Positions 38,344 through 52,024 of a stretch of 64,000 bases of DNA are shown piece by piece; position 1 is the stretch's first letter, and each line of letters starts with the position of its first letter. Under the pieces are notes generated by a model. It saw nothing but the letters and a program-made list of their open reading frames with translations, was not told the DNA's origin and ran no database searches. A program made the translations under genes and the position numbers. The DNA is from Scyliorhinus canicula (taxonomy: Eukaryota). The stretch covers positions 39,791,091-39,855,090 of the forward strand of contig NC_052164.1 of assembly GCF_902713615.1 (NCBI RefSeq). The letters run 5' to 3'.

Positions 38344-40331
38344 TCAGTCGGTAGGCCTCTGCAAGTCCAGGCTTGTTGGTGGGGGCCGAATGTAATGCGA
38401 CATGAATCCCAGATCCCGGTTGAGTCCGCATTCATGCGTGCGGAACTTAGCTATAAGTTTTTGCTCAGCAATTTTGCGTTGTCGCGTCTCCTGAAGGCCT
38501 CCTTGTAGAATGCTGACCCGGAGATCAGAGGCTGAATGTTCTTGACTGCTGAAGTGTTCCCCAACTGGAAGGGAACAGTCCTGCCTGTTGATAGTCGCAC
38601 GATGCCCGTTTATTCGTTGTCGCAGTGTCTGCATGGTCTCGCCAATGTACCACGCTTCGGGACATCCTTTTCTGCAGCGTATGAGGTAGACTACATTGGT
38701 CGAGTCGCACGAGTATGCGCCGCGTACCTGGTGGGTGGTGTTTCCACGTGTAATGGTGGTGTCCATGTCGATGATCTGGCATGTCTTGCAGCGATTACCC
38801 TGGCAGGGTTTTGTGGTGTTGTGGTTGCTGTTCTGAAGGCTGGGTAATTTGCTGCAAACAATGGTTTGTTTGAGGTTGCGCGGTTGTTTGAAGGCCAGTA
38901 GTGGGGGTGTGGGGATGACCTTGGCAAGATGTCCATCCTCGCTGATGATGTGTTGGAGGCTGCGAAGAAGATGTCGTAGTTTCTCCGCCCCAGGAAAGTA
39001 CTGGACGACGAAGGGTACTCTGTCAGTGGTGTCCCGTGTTTGTCTTCTGAGGAGGTCGGTGCGGTTTTTTGCTGTGGCGCGGTGGAACTGTCGATCAATG
39101 AGTCGAGCGCCATATCCCGTTCGTACGAGGGCATCTTTCAGCATCTGTAGGTGTCTGTTGCGCTCCTCCTTGTCTGAGCAGATCCTGTGTATACGGAGGG
39201 CTTGTCCATAGGGGATGGCTTCTTTAATGTGTTTCGGGTGAAAGCTGGAGAAGTGGAGCATCGTGAGATTATCTGTGGGCTTGCGGTAAAGCGAGGTGCT
39301 GAGGTGACCGTCCTTGATGGAGACGAGTGTGTCCAAGAATGGAACTGAATTTGGAGAATAGTCCATGGTGAGTTTGATGGTGGGATGGAACTTATTGATG
39401 TCATCGTGTAGTCGTTTCAGTGATGTCTCGCCGTGGGTCCAGAGGAAAAAAATGTCATCGATGTATCTGGTGTATAGCATCGGTTGAAAGTCCTGTGTGG
39501 TGAGGAAGTCCTGTTCAAACTTGTGCATGAAGATGTTGGCATATTGAGGTGCAAATTTGGTCCCCATGGCTGTTCCGTGCGTCTGGATGAAGAATTTGTT
39601 GTCGAAGGTGAAGACGTTGTGGTCTAGAATGAAACGGATGAGTTGCAGAATTGCGTCTGGAGATTGGCAGTTGTCGGTGTTGAGGACTGAGGCTGTTGCA
39701 GCAATGCCGTCGTCATGGGGGATGCTGGTGTAGAGTGCCGAGACATCCATTGTGACGAGGAATGTTCCTGGTTCAACTGGTCCATGGGTGCTGAGTTTCT
39801 GTAGGAAGTCCGTCGTGTCGCGACAGAAGCTGGGTGTACCTTGTACGATGGGTTTCAAGATGCCCTCGATGTGGCCAGAGAGGTTCTCACACAGGGTCCC
39901 ATTGCCTGAAACGATAGGACGGCCTGGTGTGTTGGCCTTGTGTATTTTCGGGAGGCAGTAGAGATCTCCAATGCGGGGATTACGTGGGATGAGAGCACGT
40001 AGGGTGTTCTGAAGGTCTGGATCTAAGGTCTTGATCAGTCTGCTGAGTTGGCGGATGTGTTCCTTGGTTGGATCTGCGGGTAACTGCCTGTAGTGTTCCT
40101 GGTTGTCGAGTTGTCGGTATACTTCTTTGCAGTAGTCTGTTCTGTTCAGTATGACGGTGGCCCCTCCTTTGTCTGCTGGTTTGATGACGATGTTGCGGTT
40201 GGTCTTGAGAGTGCGGATGGCGTTGCGTTGTGCTTGGGTGACGTTTGAGGCTGCCTTGTGATTGCGAGTGATGAATCTGGCATTGACACGACTTCTGACG
40301 GCTTGAGCATACATGTCGAGTCTAGGGCAGC
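38344..40331 (-). CDS. Penelope reverse transcriptase + GIY-YIG endonuclease (N-terminally truncated, open frame)
   Basis: IKPADKG, LPKIHK..PGRPIVS, DVSALYTSI, GTAMG, RYIDDIF, LYRKPT, NVVYLIRC..WYIGET, no internal stop. The native start was lost at the inversion junction. Confidence 0.85.
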
Positions 40332-40880
40332 GTGGAAACACCACCCACCAGGTACGCGGCGCATACTCGTGCGACTCGACCAATGTAGTCTACCTCATAC
40401 GCTGCAGAAAAGGATGTCCCGAAGCGTGGTACATTGGCGAGACCATGCAGACACTGCGACAACGAATAAACGGGCATCATGCGACTATCAACAGGCAGGA
40501 CTGTTCCCTTCCAGTTGGGGAACACTTCAGCAGTCAAGGACATTCAGCCTCTGATCTCCGGGTCAGCATTCTACAAGGAGGCCTTCAGGAGACGCGACAA
40601 CGCAAAATTGCTGAGCAAAAACTTATAGCTAAGTTCCGCACGCCTGAATGCGGACTCAACCGGGATCTGGGATTCATGTCGCATTACATTCGGCCCCCAC
40701 CAACAAGCCTGGACTTGCAGAGGCCTACCGACTGAACTGGCTTGGGACAATTCACACCTCTTTAACCTGGAGTTACCTCTCTCTCTGCATCTTTGATGAT
40801 TTGATTGCCTGCAGGTGCTCGCATTCCGGGGCATCTCTGACTGTGTCTATATAAACATTTCTGGAACAAGCCTTTCCATT

Positions 40881-40915
40881 CACCTGAAGAAGGAGCCGTG
40901 CTCCGAAAGCTCGTG
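40881..40915 (+). ncRNA. Minimal type I hammerhead ribozyme motif
   Basis: CAC CTGAAGA A GGAGC-CGT-GCTCC GAAA GCTC GTG: CUGANGA and GAAA cores, 5-bp stem II, very short stem III, CAC/GTG stem I. Confidence 0.78.
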
Positions 40916-41007
40916 TTTGAAACAAACCTGTTGGACTTTAACCTGGTGTTGTAAGACTTCTTACTGTGCTCACCCCAGTCCAACGCCGGCATCTCCACAT
41001 CATGGCT

Positions 41008-42780
41008 ACTATTTAAGAAGTGAGGGCGAGAGAAAATGGGGAATTACAGACCTGTTAGCCTCAGATCAGTAGTTGGGAAATGCTGGAATCTGTTATAACT
41101 GATATGATAAATGGATCCTTAGAAAATAATGATGCAATTGGGCAGAGTCACCATAAATTTATGATTGGGAAATCATGTCTGACCAATGTGTTGGTTTTTT
41201 TTTGAGGACTTTACTAACAGAATTGATAAAGGGGAGTCGGTGGACGTCGTGCACATGGATTTTCAGAAGACTTTTGATATGTTCCCCAGGAGGTCGATTA
41301 GCAAAATTAGAACACATGGCATAGGAGGCAATATACTGGCATGGATTAAGGACTGCTTAACAGGCAGAAAAGATAAAGTGAGAAAAAATAGGTTATTCTT
41401 GCGTTGACAGGCTGTGACTAATGGCGTACCATAAGGATGAGTATGGGAGCCCCAGCTATCCACAATATATGTCAATGGTTTGGTTGTGGGGACCAAATGT
41501 AATACTGTAATTCCAAGTTTGAAAATAACATAGGCGAAAATGTGTGTTGTGAAGAAGATGCAAAGCGGCTTCAAGGGGATTTGGACAGACTTAGTGAGTG
41601 GACAAGAACATGGCAGATAGAATATAATGTGGAGTGATGTGAGGTTATCAACTCTGATAGGAGGAACAGATGAGCAGAGTATTTCTTAAATAGTGAGCGA
41701 TTATAAAGTGTAGATGTGCAAAGGAAACTAGGTACCCTCATCAATAAGTCATTGAAAGCTAACATGCAGATGCAGCAAGGATTAGGAAGGATAATGATAT
41801 GTCAGCCTTGATCCCAACAGGATTTGAGTACAGGAATAGAAAAGTCTTGCCTCAATTGCATCAATACTTGGTTAGGCTGCATCTGGCGTAATGTGGTGCA
41901 GTTTTCATTCCCTTACTTTAGGAAGGATATTATTGCCATGGAGGGAGTGCAGCGAAGGTTCACCAGACTTGTCCCAGGATTACCAGACTGTCCTATGAAG
42001 AGAGACTGGGGAAACTGGCCTGTATTCAAAATAAGGGGAAGTAGATTTAGGACTGAGTTTAGGAGGAACTTCTTCACCCAAAGGGTGAATCTATGGAATT
42101 CCTTGCCCAGTGAAGCAGTTGAGGCTCCTTCATTAAATGTTTTTAAGGTAAAGATAGATAGTTTTTGAAGAATAAAGGGATTAAGGGTTATGGTGCTTGG
42201 GCCGGAAAGTGGAGCTGAGTCCACAAAAGATCAGTCATGATCTCATTGAATGGCGGAGCAGGCTCGAGGGGCCAGATGGCCTACTCCTGCTCCTAGTTCT
42301 TATGTTCTTATGTTTCCCTTGGTTGGGGAGCCTCGAACCAGTGAACACAATTTCAAAATAAAGAGAAACCACATAGGACCAAAATGGGGAGAATTATTTT
42401 TACTCAGAGTGTTGTGAACCTTTGTAATTCTTTACCCAACAGAGCTGTGGAAGACCAGTCATTGAGTATGTTTAAAACAGAGATTGACAAATTTCTAAAT
42501 ACCAATGACAAACGATATAGGGATAGAGTGTGTAAAAGGCATTGAAGTGGATGATCAGCCTATATCATAGTGAATGGCAGAGCACGCTCGATGGGCTGAA
42601 TGGCCTACCCCTGCTTCTATATACTGATGAAGAGATATACTATATACATCTATATACTGATGAAGAGATATTCCTTCTCTCAAAGGGTTGTAAATCTTTG
42701 GAATTCTCTACCCTGGAGGGCTGTGGATGATCCATCATTGAATACACTTAAGGCTGAGATGGACACGATAAGCAATGTGT
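41008..42780 (+). mobile_element. Decayed CR1 LINE(s); host of the Penelope insertion (left part 37790-38111)
   Basis: The VTPLFK motif is split by the Penelope element. Also VDVVHMDFQKTFD and EGVQRRFTRL. A nested younger CR1 3' end lies at about 42026-42312. Confidence 0.85.
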
Positions 42781-44215
42781 TCATCCCTATTCAGATTTCC
42801 TATGTTCAGCTCTGATGCTCACCTGCCATTCTTCCAAACTAATAAATTGATTTGTGTAAATATTATTAATCACCTATCCATGGATAAAGTCTGCACAATT
42901 CAAAGGTCATGCTAACCTATGACATTTGAGCTGGTGGTGGAAAGCAGCCAGAAACTTGACTTTATTAGGAAATTATTAATTTTAATTTCTCTCTGCATGC
43001 TGTCTCCTAAATAATGTGACTGTAACAATCACTTCATTCATTATTTGTATATTTTGTATTATTAAAGTTTTGCCATTTTTCTTTTACTGACCAGCGACAC
43101 CAGTTTTCAACTGCAGCTGCAAAACGTGATCAGACATTTATACCAACATGATTAAATGAAAAATTCAAAAAATCGGTCTAACATCTTTAAGCAGACAAGT
43201 GCGCCTGCCCACATATAATTGCGCACTTAAAAATTAGACAAACATAATTTACTGCGACTGACCGAAATTAATGGTTTATCAGAAGGACTACTTAAGTGAA
43301 AACAAGCCACCAAAAACAGCCAGTGCCAGTGTGAACCAATTGAAGCAATCTGTTAATTTGTAGATTAAAGACACATTTACACGATAACTTTGGTGTTTCT
43401 AAACTCAATTTGGTCTCTGATGCCAAAAATACCAAATTTTAGTCTTGGTTAGAAGCAGAGATCCTTTGGCATGGAATTATTGACTAGAGTTAAATCATTA
43501 AAACGGCACAAAAGTATTACAATCCCAGACCAGATCCCAACAATGGCGAAGATACTGGACAGAAACTCCAATATTTTATTTTAATTTTGTAAGACTGAAG
43601 AATGTATACCTTGCTCCAGTGGTAATTTCACAAATAAATAGGGATGCGATATTTAAAAACAAACGTTAACATGGTATTAAAATATATTTAACATCATGAG
43701 AAAATAGCTTACAATTACCCTTTAAACAATGCTACTCAATACAGTGAATACAGTACCCTTAACTGTTAGCTTTATTCCCACTCAAACAACAAGAAATACC
43801 ACCTCAGCTCTCAATCCACTTTAACATCCATTAGGTATACCTGCTGTACAGAGATGTTCTTTGAGGAAGGGAGGTCTTGCTTTAAAGGAAGGCTCTGACC
43901 CCCATCACAACCATGCAGAAACTGTGGTTATATTTCTTCAGAAGCTGCTTCTGCTCAACTTCCAATCAGGCAAGTCTGAACTGTTTTGAAAAACTGCAAA
44001 TATGTTGACAGACATATCTTTAACTGAACAAAAAGAGCAAACTGCTTGACTTCTGTTCGCAGCTTCATCTAGAATTCCACTGTCCTGCTTTCTGTAAAAT
44101 ACCTGATAACTTAGTTCCACCCTGTAATGACATCATCTTACCAAGCTGAAATCTAATCAACTCCAAAGAGAATCCCCTTCACCCAAACAAAACTGCATTA
44201 GCCCAAGCTTTTTAT

Positions 44216-47200
44216 TAAAAAAAAATTTTATTAGGGTATTTGCAAGTTTTTATAATAACAATAACACGACATAAACATGGTACAATAAACATTTCTAGCC
44301 CCATCACAATCTTCACACTCCCCAACCATAAAGCAACAGTCCGGCCCTCTCCTCCCCCCACTTTGGAATTCTGCTTATGCTGACATTTTAATTTTCCCCA
44401 AGAAAGTCGACGAACGGCTGCCACCTCCGGATGAACCAAACCATTGACCACATAAGGCGAACTTTATTTTCTTGATACTGAGAAACCCAGCCATGTCACT
44501 AACCCAGGTCTCTACACTCGGGGGCTTTGAGTCCCTCCACATTAATAAGATCCGGCTCCGGGCTACCAGGGAGGCAAAGGCATTGGCCTATTTCGCCCCC
44601 TGAACTCCCGGCTCTTCTGACACTCCAAAGATCGCCACCTCTGGACTCGGCGCCACCTGTGTTTTGAGTACCATTGACATTGCCTTAGCGAAATCCTGCC
44701 AAAACCATCTAAACTTCAGGCATGATCAAAACATGTGGACATGATTTGCTGGGCTTCCCACGCATCTCACACACCTGTCCTCTACCCCAGAAAAACTTGC
44801 TCATCCGTGCCACCATCATGTGTGCCCGGTGGACTACCTTGAATTGTATCAGGCAATGCCTGGCACATGATGAGGAGGTATTAACCCTGCCTAGGGCATC
44901 CGTCCATAGACCTGCCTCTATCTCTCCTCCTAGCTCGTCCTCCCACTTGCCGTTAAGCTCCTCCGCATCCAAAAGTTCCTGGTAAATATCTGATACCTAC
45001 CCCTCTCCCACCCAGGTACTGGAGACTACTCTGTCCTGTATCCCCCGTGTCTTGCACCTGCAAATACCTAAACCCATTCCCTGCTGGCAATTTAAATTTA
45101 TCCTCCAAGGTTTTCAAGCTGGGGAAGCTCCCATCTATAAATAGATCCCCCATCCTCCTAATTCCCGCCCTTTGCCACCTCTGGAACCAACCATCCAGCC
45201 TGCCCGGTACAAACCGATGATTGTTATAGATCGGGGTCCAAACCGATGCTCCCTCCACTCTCTTATATCTCCTCCACTGCCCCAGATTCTCAGAGCCGCC
45301 ACCAGCACCGGACTTGTGGAGTATCGAGGCGGCGAGAACGGAAGAGGTGCCGATATCAGTGCTCCCAAATATTGTGTCTTTACATGATGCTGCATCCATC
45401 CGCTCCCATATCGACCCCTCCCCCCACTACCCACTTCCTAATCATGGCTATATTAGCCGCCCAGTAGTAATTGCAAATGTTCGGCAGCGCCAACCCACCC
45501 TCCCCCTGACTGCGCTCCAGCAACACTTTCTTCAATGGCGGGGTTTTACCTGCCCACACAAAGCCTGAAATAATCTTATTCATCTGCTTGTAAAAGGCCC
45601 TTGTGATGAAGATGGGGAGGCATTGAAAGACAAACAGAGATCTGGGGAGGATCGTCATTTCCACAGTCTGTACCCTGCCTGCCAGTGATAGTGGGAGCAT
45701 GTCCCATCTCTTAAAGTCCTCTTTCATTTGTTCTATGAGTCAGGACTGGTTTAACTTGTGCAGTTCCTCCCATTCCCGGGCCACCTGGATTCCCAGATAC
45801 CGAAAGCTCCTTCCTCCCATTCTAAACGGCAGCTCTCCCAGTCTCTTCTCCTGTCCTCTTGCCTGGATTGCGAACATCACGCTTTTCCCCATGTTCAATT
45901 TATACCCTGAAAAATTACCAAATTCCCCGAGGATCCGCATAACTTCTCCCATCCCCTCCAACGGGTCTGAAATATACAAGAGCTGGTCATCTGCGTAAAA
46001 TGAGACCCAGTGCTTCACCCCGCCCCCCGAACCAGCCCTTTCCAGTTCCTAGAGGCTCTTAATGCCATGGCCAATGTCTCTATGGCCAGAGCAAACAATA
46101 ACGGGTGAGGGGGCACCCTTGTATGTCCCTCGGTGTAGTTTAAAATACCCCGACTTCAGCCGGTTCGTATGTTACTGGTGCCTGATGGAGCAACCGGACC
46201 CAGTCAATGAAGCCCTCACCAAACCCAAACCTTCCCAGCGCCTCTCACAGTTAATCTCACTCCACCCGATCAAAAGCCTTCTCCACATCCATCGCTACCA
46301 CCACCTCCATCTCCCCTCCTTCTGAGGGCATCATAATAACATTTAAAAGCCTTCGAACATTGGCCTTGAGTTGCCTGTGTTATGGGGAGGTGTTTTCAGA
46401 ACCCCAAAAAGGATCACGGAGTTCAACCAACCCCCACCTTTAATGGATTGTTGCTTTTGAAGCACACGGCCTGTTCCCCAGGTTTAGTATTACAATTATG
46501 GACACAAGGTTTCTAAAACAACACAATATTTATTCCATGAACTCAAATTCACCTTTTAAATAAACATTGGATCTCTTAACACCCCTTACTTCAAAGATAA
46601 CCCCGAAAATAATACAACACTACCCAATCCTGCAACTGTTCCTTTACACATCCAAAAGGCTTAACAAATCCTTCAAACAGAAGCACATTAGATTTATATT
46701 CAATACCCAGACCTTTTTACAATTCCGATTTCACCAAATGAAGAGATAGTCCTTCATGGCAGAGATCACCAGCAATGCAGCTCATAGCCACACCCAAGCT
46801 TTCTTCAAAACTGAAACTAAAACTCCCAAAAGCAGAAGTGAGCTCAGCTCCCCCCCCCCCCCCCACCCCCCGTGACATCGCTTCAGTTAAATGACAGCTT
46901 CATCTCTTAAAGGTACATTTCTTAAACATCCAATTCTTAAAGGCACTCTCACATGACACCTGCCCTTTACAAATCCCGTCTGGTTTTCCCCTATCACCCC
47001 CGGGACACAATCCTCTATCCTTGTGGCCAGTACCTTAGCCAGCAGTTTGGCGTCCACATTCAGTAGAGAAATTGGCCTGTATGACCTGCATTGCTCCGGA
47101 TCCTTCTCCCATATCAGGATCAATGAAATTGAGGCCTGCAACATTGTTGGGGGGAGGACTCCTTTCTCTCTTGCTTCATTAAATGTCCTCACCAGCAGTG

Positions 47201-50192
47201 GGCTCAATATCTCTGAAAACGTCTTATAGAATTCCACTGGGTAGCTGTCCGGCCCCGGGGCCTTGCCCGACTGCATGTCCTCCAGTCCCTCAATTATTTC
47301 CTAAATTTCAGTTCCACCAGATCCTCATCCACCCTTGAGAACCTCAACTGGCCCAAAACCTGCCTCATCCCCTCCACCCCAGCCGGGGGTTCCGCCTCAT
47401 ATAATTTGCTGTAAAAGTCCTTAAACACATCATTCACCCCTACTGGGTCCGGGACAGTGATCTCTTCTCTTTACTTTCCCTATCTCCCTGGCCACCCCCC
47501 TTTTCCTGAGTTGGTGCGGTAGCATTGTGCCAGCCTTTTCCCCATACACATAGATCGCCCACCTTGCCTCCCTCAACTGTTCCACCGCTTTCCCTGTCGT
47601 CAATAGCCAAACTCCGCCTGTAACCTCTGCCGCTCCCTCAGTAGCCCCGCATCCGGGTCTCCGAGTATCTCCTCAACTAATCTATCCCTCTCAGCCCGTT
47701 CCGCCTTTTCTCTGTGGGCCCGTATCAAGATTAATTCCCCTCTTACCACTGCCTTCAAAGCTTCCCAAACCATTGCTGTAGAGACCTCCCCTGTATCATT
47801 TATTTCCAGGTAGTTTTGGATGGACATGTTCACCTGCCCACAGATTGCTTTGTCCGCGAACAAGCCCACATCCAACCTCCATAGCGGGCGTTGAACTCTC
47901 TCCAAAATAACCCATAGATCCACCCAGTGTGGGGCATGATCCGACACTGCGATTGCCAAATACTCAGTATCCACCACCCCCCGGTATAAGAGCCCTGCTC
48001 AGAACAAAAAAGTTGATGCGAGAGTATACCTTGTGGACATGGGAGAAAAAAGAAAACTCCTTCGACCTTGGCCGTGCAGACCTCCAGGAAATCTACTCCC
48101 CCCATCTGTTCCATGAACCCCTTCAATTCCTTTACCGCAGCTGGCACCCTCCCTGTCCTGGATTTTGACTGGTCCAGTTCCGGATCAATGACTCCCCCCA
48201 TGATCCAGTTATGTGACTCTAAGTCTGTGATCTTACCTAACACCCACCTCATAAATTCCACATTGTCCCAATTCCAAGCATATACATTCACATGTACCAG
48301 CTGCATCCCCTCCAGCTTCCCACTCACCATTATTTACCTACCCCCCCATGTCTGACACGATTCTCCCTGCCTCGAATGCCCCTCGATTATTGATCAAGAT
48401 TGCTACCCCCCTGGTCTTTGAGTCCAGACCTGAGTGGAATACTTGGCCAACCCACCCCTTTCTCAATCTAGTCTGGTGTGTCTCTTGTAACATTGCCATG
48501 TCCGCCTTCAGCCCCCTGAAATGCGCAAACACGCGAGCCCTCTTGACCGGCCCAATCAACCCGCTAACATTCCATGTAATCAGCCTGGTCGGGGGGCTTC
48601 CCCCCCCCCCCCCCCCCCCCCGCCCTCCCCTGCCGACTAGCCGTCACCCTTTTTAGGCCAGCCTTGAGCTCGCGCCCCCAGCCTCCTCGAGCCCCCCCTC
48701 AGGCATTCGCTGCCCCCAACCTCCCATTTGTCCCCTAGTAATAGTTTCTCCCCTGTCAACAAAGCAGCTCCCCCCTCCCTAGTAACAGCACTAGAAACCC
48801 GACCCACCCATCAAGCTCCAACTTAACACCTGCTCACCCCCCACTGTGCTTCCGTGAGTCAGCTGCCGAAGTTGACTTGATAGCTCCCACCCATGGCACC
48901 AAACAGTCTGTCTCCCCATTGTTCTCTCCCTTCTCCCACCACTCGGACAAACATATTCAAGCATCACATTCCCGAGTAAACAAACATCAGAAAATAAAGT
49001 GGAAAAACAGCCACTGAAAAAACCACAGAAACCCCCCCCCCCCCTCCAACCAGCTCCTAGTAAGACAAAGTTAACTTTAGCCATCAAAAGAGCCCTTATT
49101 GCACATAATACTACTTATTCAAACCAGCACAAAAGTGATTTTCAACAAATCGCCACTACAATACTATCCAAGAATTCAGTGTCTTTCGTTCACCTCTAGT
49201 CTTTTTTCCTTGATGAAAGTCCAAACATTGTCTGGTGTTTCGAAGTAAAAATCCCGTTCCTCATATGTGACCCACAGACGGGCTGGGTACAACATCCCAA
49301 ACTTCACCCCCTTGTTAAAGTGGGCCGTTTTTGCCAGATTAAACCCAGCTCGCCTCTTGGCCAAATCCGCACCCAGGTCTTGATAAAAGCGCAGCTCACA
49401 ACTCTCCCACTTGCTGCTCCGTTCTTTCTTGGCCCACTGCAGAACATGTTCCTTGTCCAGGAATTGGTGCAAACGTACCACCATCGCCCTCGGTTTCTCA
49501 TTCGCTTGGGGATTCTTCGCGAGGGCTCTGTGCGCTCTATCCACTTCCAGGGGTCGAGGGAATGTCTCAGCCCTTATCAACTTCTCCAGCACGTTCGTCA
49601 CATAGGCCCTCGCATCCGAACCCTCACTGCCTTCAGGGAAGCCGACGATTCTCAGATTTTACCTCCTGGACCTGTTCTGCAGGTCCTCCAGCTTCTCCTG
49701 CATTCTTTTCTGGCCATCGTTCATCATCTCCACCTTGGTCTCCAGCACGGTTAGGTATTCCTCGTGCTCAGACACCTTTTTCTCCACCTCCTGGATCGCT
49801 AGTTGGTGGGTTTCTTGATTCTGCACCACCTGATCAATCGAAGCCTTGATCGGGTCCAGCGTGTCCTTCTTAAGCTTGGTGAAGCAATCTTCAAAAAACT
49901 TCACCAGCTGCTCCATCGACCACTGCGCCGTCTCCCCGCATCCCTGCTTCTCCGCCAAGCTTTCCCACGTTGCCAGCTCTGCGCGCGTCTTCCTTGGAGA
50001 ACTTTGTTTTCTCACACGGCCACTTCTGGTCCAATTCTCCATACACTGGAGGGAGTTTTCTCCTCACTGTCTCACTCTTCACCAATTTATCCAATAAAAT
50101 TCAGAAAAAAACGGGAGTAAAAGGTCCAAAAGTCTGTCATAGGTGGGAGCTATCAAACGTGCGATCTACTCCTCCACGACCGGCACCGGAAG
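44216..50192 (-). mobile_element. Decayed L1-clade LINE with both termini
   Basis: 17-bp TSD TAGCCCAAGCTTTTTAT (44199-44215, 50193-50209); frameshifted ORF1 (49176-50042) and ORF2 relics. Confidence 0.92.
46378..46958 (-). mobile_element. 581-bp solo LTR inside L1 ORF2
   Basis: TGTTAT...ATGACA termini and 4-bp TSD CCTG; interrupts GFVKGRQL. Confidence 0.85.
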
Positions 50193-50669
50193 TAGCCCAA
50201 GCTTTTTATGATGACTTAATTGCACCCCTGGCACCCAAAAGTTTGTTGTCTTTTAAAATAGGATTCATTTTAAACATATCTGCAGCTGTCAAATACTATC
50301 TCAGGCTTTTAACCTTTACTGCATCAAATAAACGATAACACAATACATCTGAAATTCCTACATTCATCACAAAAGCTGGATATCCATGTAAGGTCAGGAT
50401 CTGCTGCTGGCTGTTTCCAGCAGTCAGGAGATCTTTTCTATATATTAGATATTGGGCCCAGTCAGATTTGCATGTAGATGCGGTGACAAGGGAACTCTGT
50501 TTTCAGACTTTGATACATACACAGATCCCATTCTTTCCAATAATAATCTTTTTTAAGTGAGTGAGTTATTTCTTTCTTAACATATTAATATTATATGATG
50601 CAAACAAGGAGCAGGAGTAGGCCATTCAGCCCCTCAATAATGCTCCCCAATTCAGTAAGATCATCTTTT

Positions 50670-51210
50670 AGAAAATTATTTATAGGACATGGGCATCGCT
50701 GGTTAGTTCAGCATTTATTGTACATCCCTAGTTGCCCTTCAGAAGGTGGAAGTGAGTTGCATTCTTGAACCACTGCAGTTCCACAGTGCTGTTAGGGAGT
50801 TGCAGAATTTGACCCAGCGACAGTGATAGAACAGCGATATATTTCCAAGTCGGGGTGGTGAGTGATTGGACGGGAACTTCCAAGTGGTGGAGTTCCCAGG
50901 TATCTGCTGCCCTTGTCCATCTAGATGGTAGTGGTTGTAGGTTTGGAAGGTGTTGCTTGAGAAACCTTGGTGAATTCCTGCAGTGCATCTTTTAGATGGT
51001 ACACATGGCTGCCACTGTTCATCGGTGGTGGAGGGATTGAATGTTTGTGGAAGGGGGAGCAATCAAGCATGCTGCTTTGTCCTAGATGGTGTTGAGCTTC
51101 TTGAGTGTTGTTGGAACTGCACTCATTCAGGCAAGTCGAGAGTATTCCATTACACTCCTGACTTGTGCCTTGTAGTTGGTGGACAGGCTTTCGGAGGTCA
51201 GGAAGTGAGT
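50670..51210 (-). mobile_element. LINE 3' part (CR1/L2 group)
   Basis: Reverse-strand remnants YKAQVRS.MEYS and MHCRNSPR.L.QHLPN. Confidence 0.65.
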
Positions 51211-51229
51211 TCTGCCTGATGTAGCTGAT

Positions 51230-52024
51230 CAAATAGTAACTTCTGATCTGTACCCGACCTACTCTCGACAATATCACACCCTTCCTTATCATGAATCTGT
51301 CCTTCTCTGCCTTAAAAATATTCATAAGCTCTGCTTCCACCACCTTTTCAGAAAGAGAATTCTAAAGGCAAACAACAATCTGAGAAAAAAGATTTCACCT
51401 CATCACTGTTTTAAATGGGCAACCTCTTCTTTTTAAACTGTGACCCCTAGTTCTAGATTCTCCCACAAGAGGAAACCTCCTCTCCACATCCACTCTGTCA
51501 AGACCACTCAGGATCTTGTGTTTCAATCAAGTTGCTTTTTACTCTTCTAAACTCCAGTGGATAGAAGCCAAGCCTGCCTAACCGTTGCTCACTAGACAAC
51601 CCATCATTTCCAGGTATTAGTCTAGTAAACCCTCTCTAAATGACTTCCAACATATTTACTTCCCCCTTAAATAAGGCAACCAATACTGTACACAGTACTC
51701 CAGATGTGGTCTCACTCATGCCCTGTATGACTGAAGCATAACCTCCCTACTTATGTATTCAATTTCCCTCTCAATAAACAATAACATTCTATTAGCTTTC
51801 TTAATTACTTGCTGTACCTGCACACTAGCCTTTCGTGACTAATTCACTTGGACAACCCGATCCCTCTGCACCTTGGAAGCACTGCAGTCTCCCACCATTT
51901 AGATAATATACTTAATTTTATTTCCCCTGACAAAATGGACAATTTCACATTTTCTCACATTATACTCCATTTGCCAATCTTTGTCCACTCACTTAACCCA
52001 TCTGCATCTTTTGGAGCTTCTTTA
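51230..52024 (-). mobile_element. Old CR1 3' region; host of the intact L1 (continues 57891-57950)
   Basis: Reverse-strand LEYCVQYW, SRTRG and CR1 3' end motifs. Confidence 0.75.

Larger units (their letters stand above)
38112..41007. mobile_element. Penelope-like element, 5'-truncated, with inverted 3' duplication
   Basis: RT+GIY-YIG ORF on the - strand; 637-bp inverted arms 38112-38748 / 40331-40967; direct repeat ACTATTTAAGA(A) at 38101-38112 and 41008-41019. Confidence 0.93.
43515..50371 (-). mobile_element. Solo LTR (~0.86 kb) split by a 6-kb L1 insertion
   Basis: Termini TATTAC (degenerate TGTTAC) ... TCACA, with 4-bp TSD AAAG on both sides. Confidence 0.6.

Noticed and set aside
40332-40383. 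N-terminus of the 679-aa Penelope ORF
   Set aside because: These codons are antisense sequence of the inverted arm, not the native start.
40313-40735. Stand-alone GIY-YIG nuclease gene
   Set aside because: It is the inverted duplicate of the Penelope 3' end, and its start arises from the junction.
42616-42672. Tandem CTGATGA motifs as a hammerhead dimer
   Set aside because: A short tandem duplication with no stem II or GAAA core.
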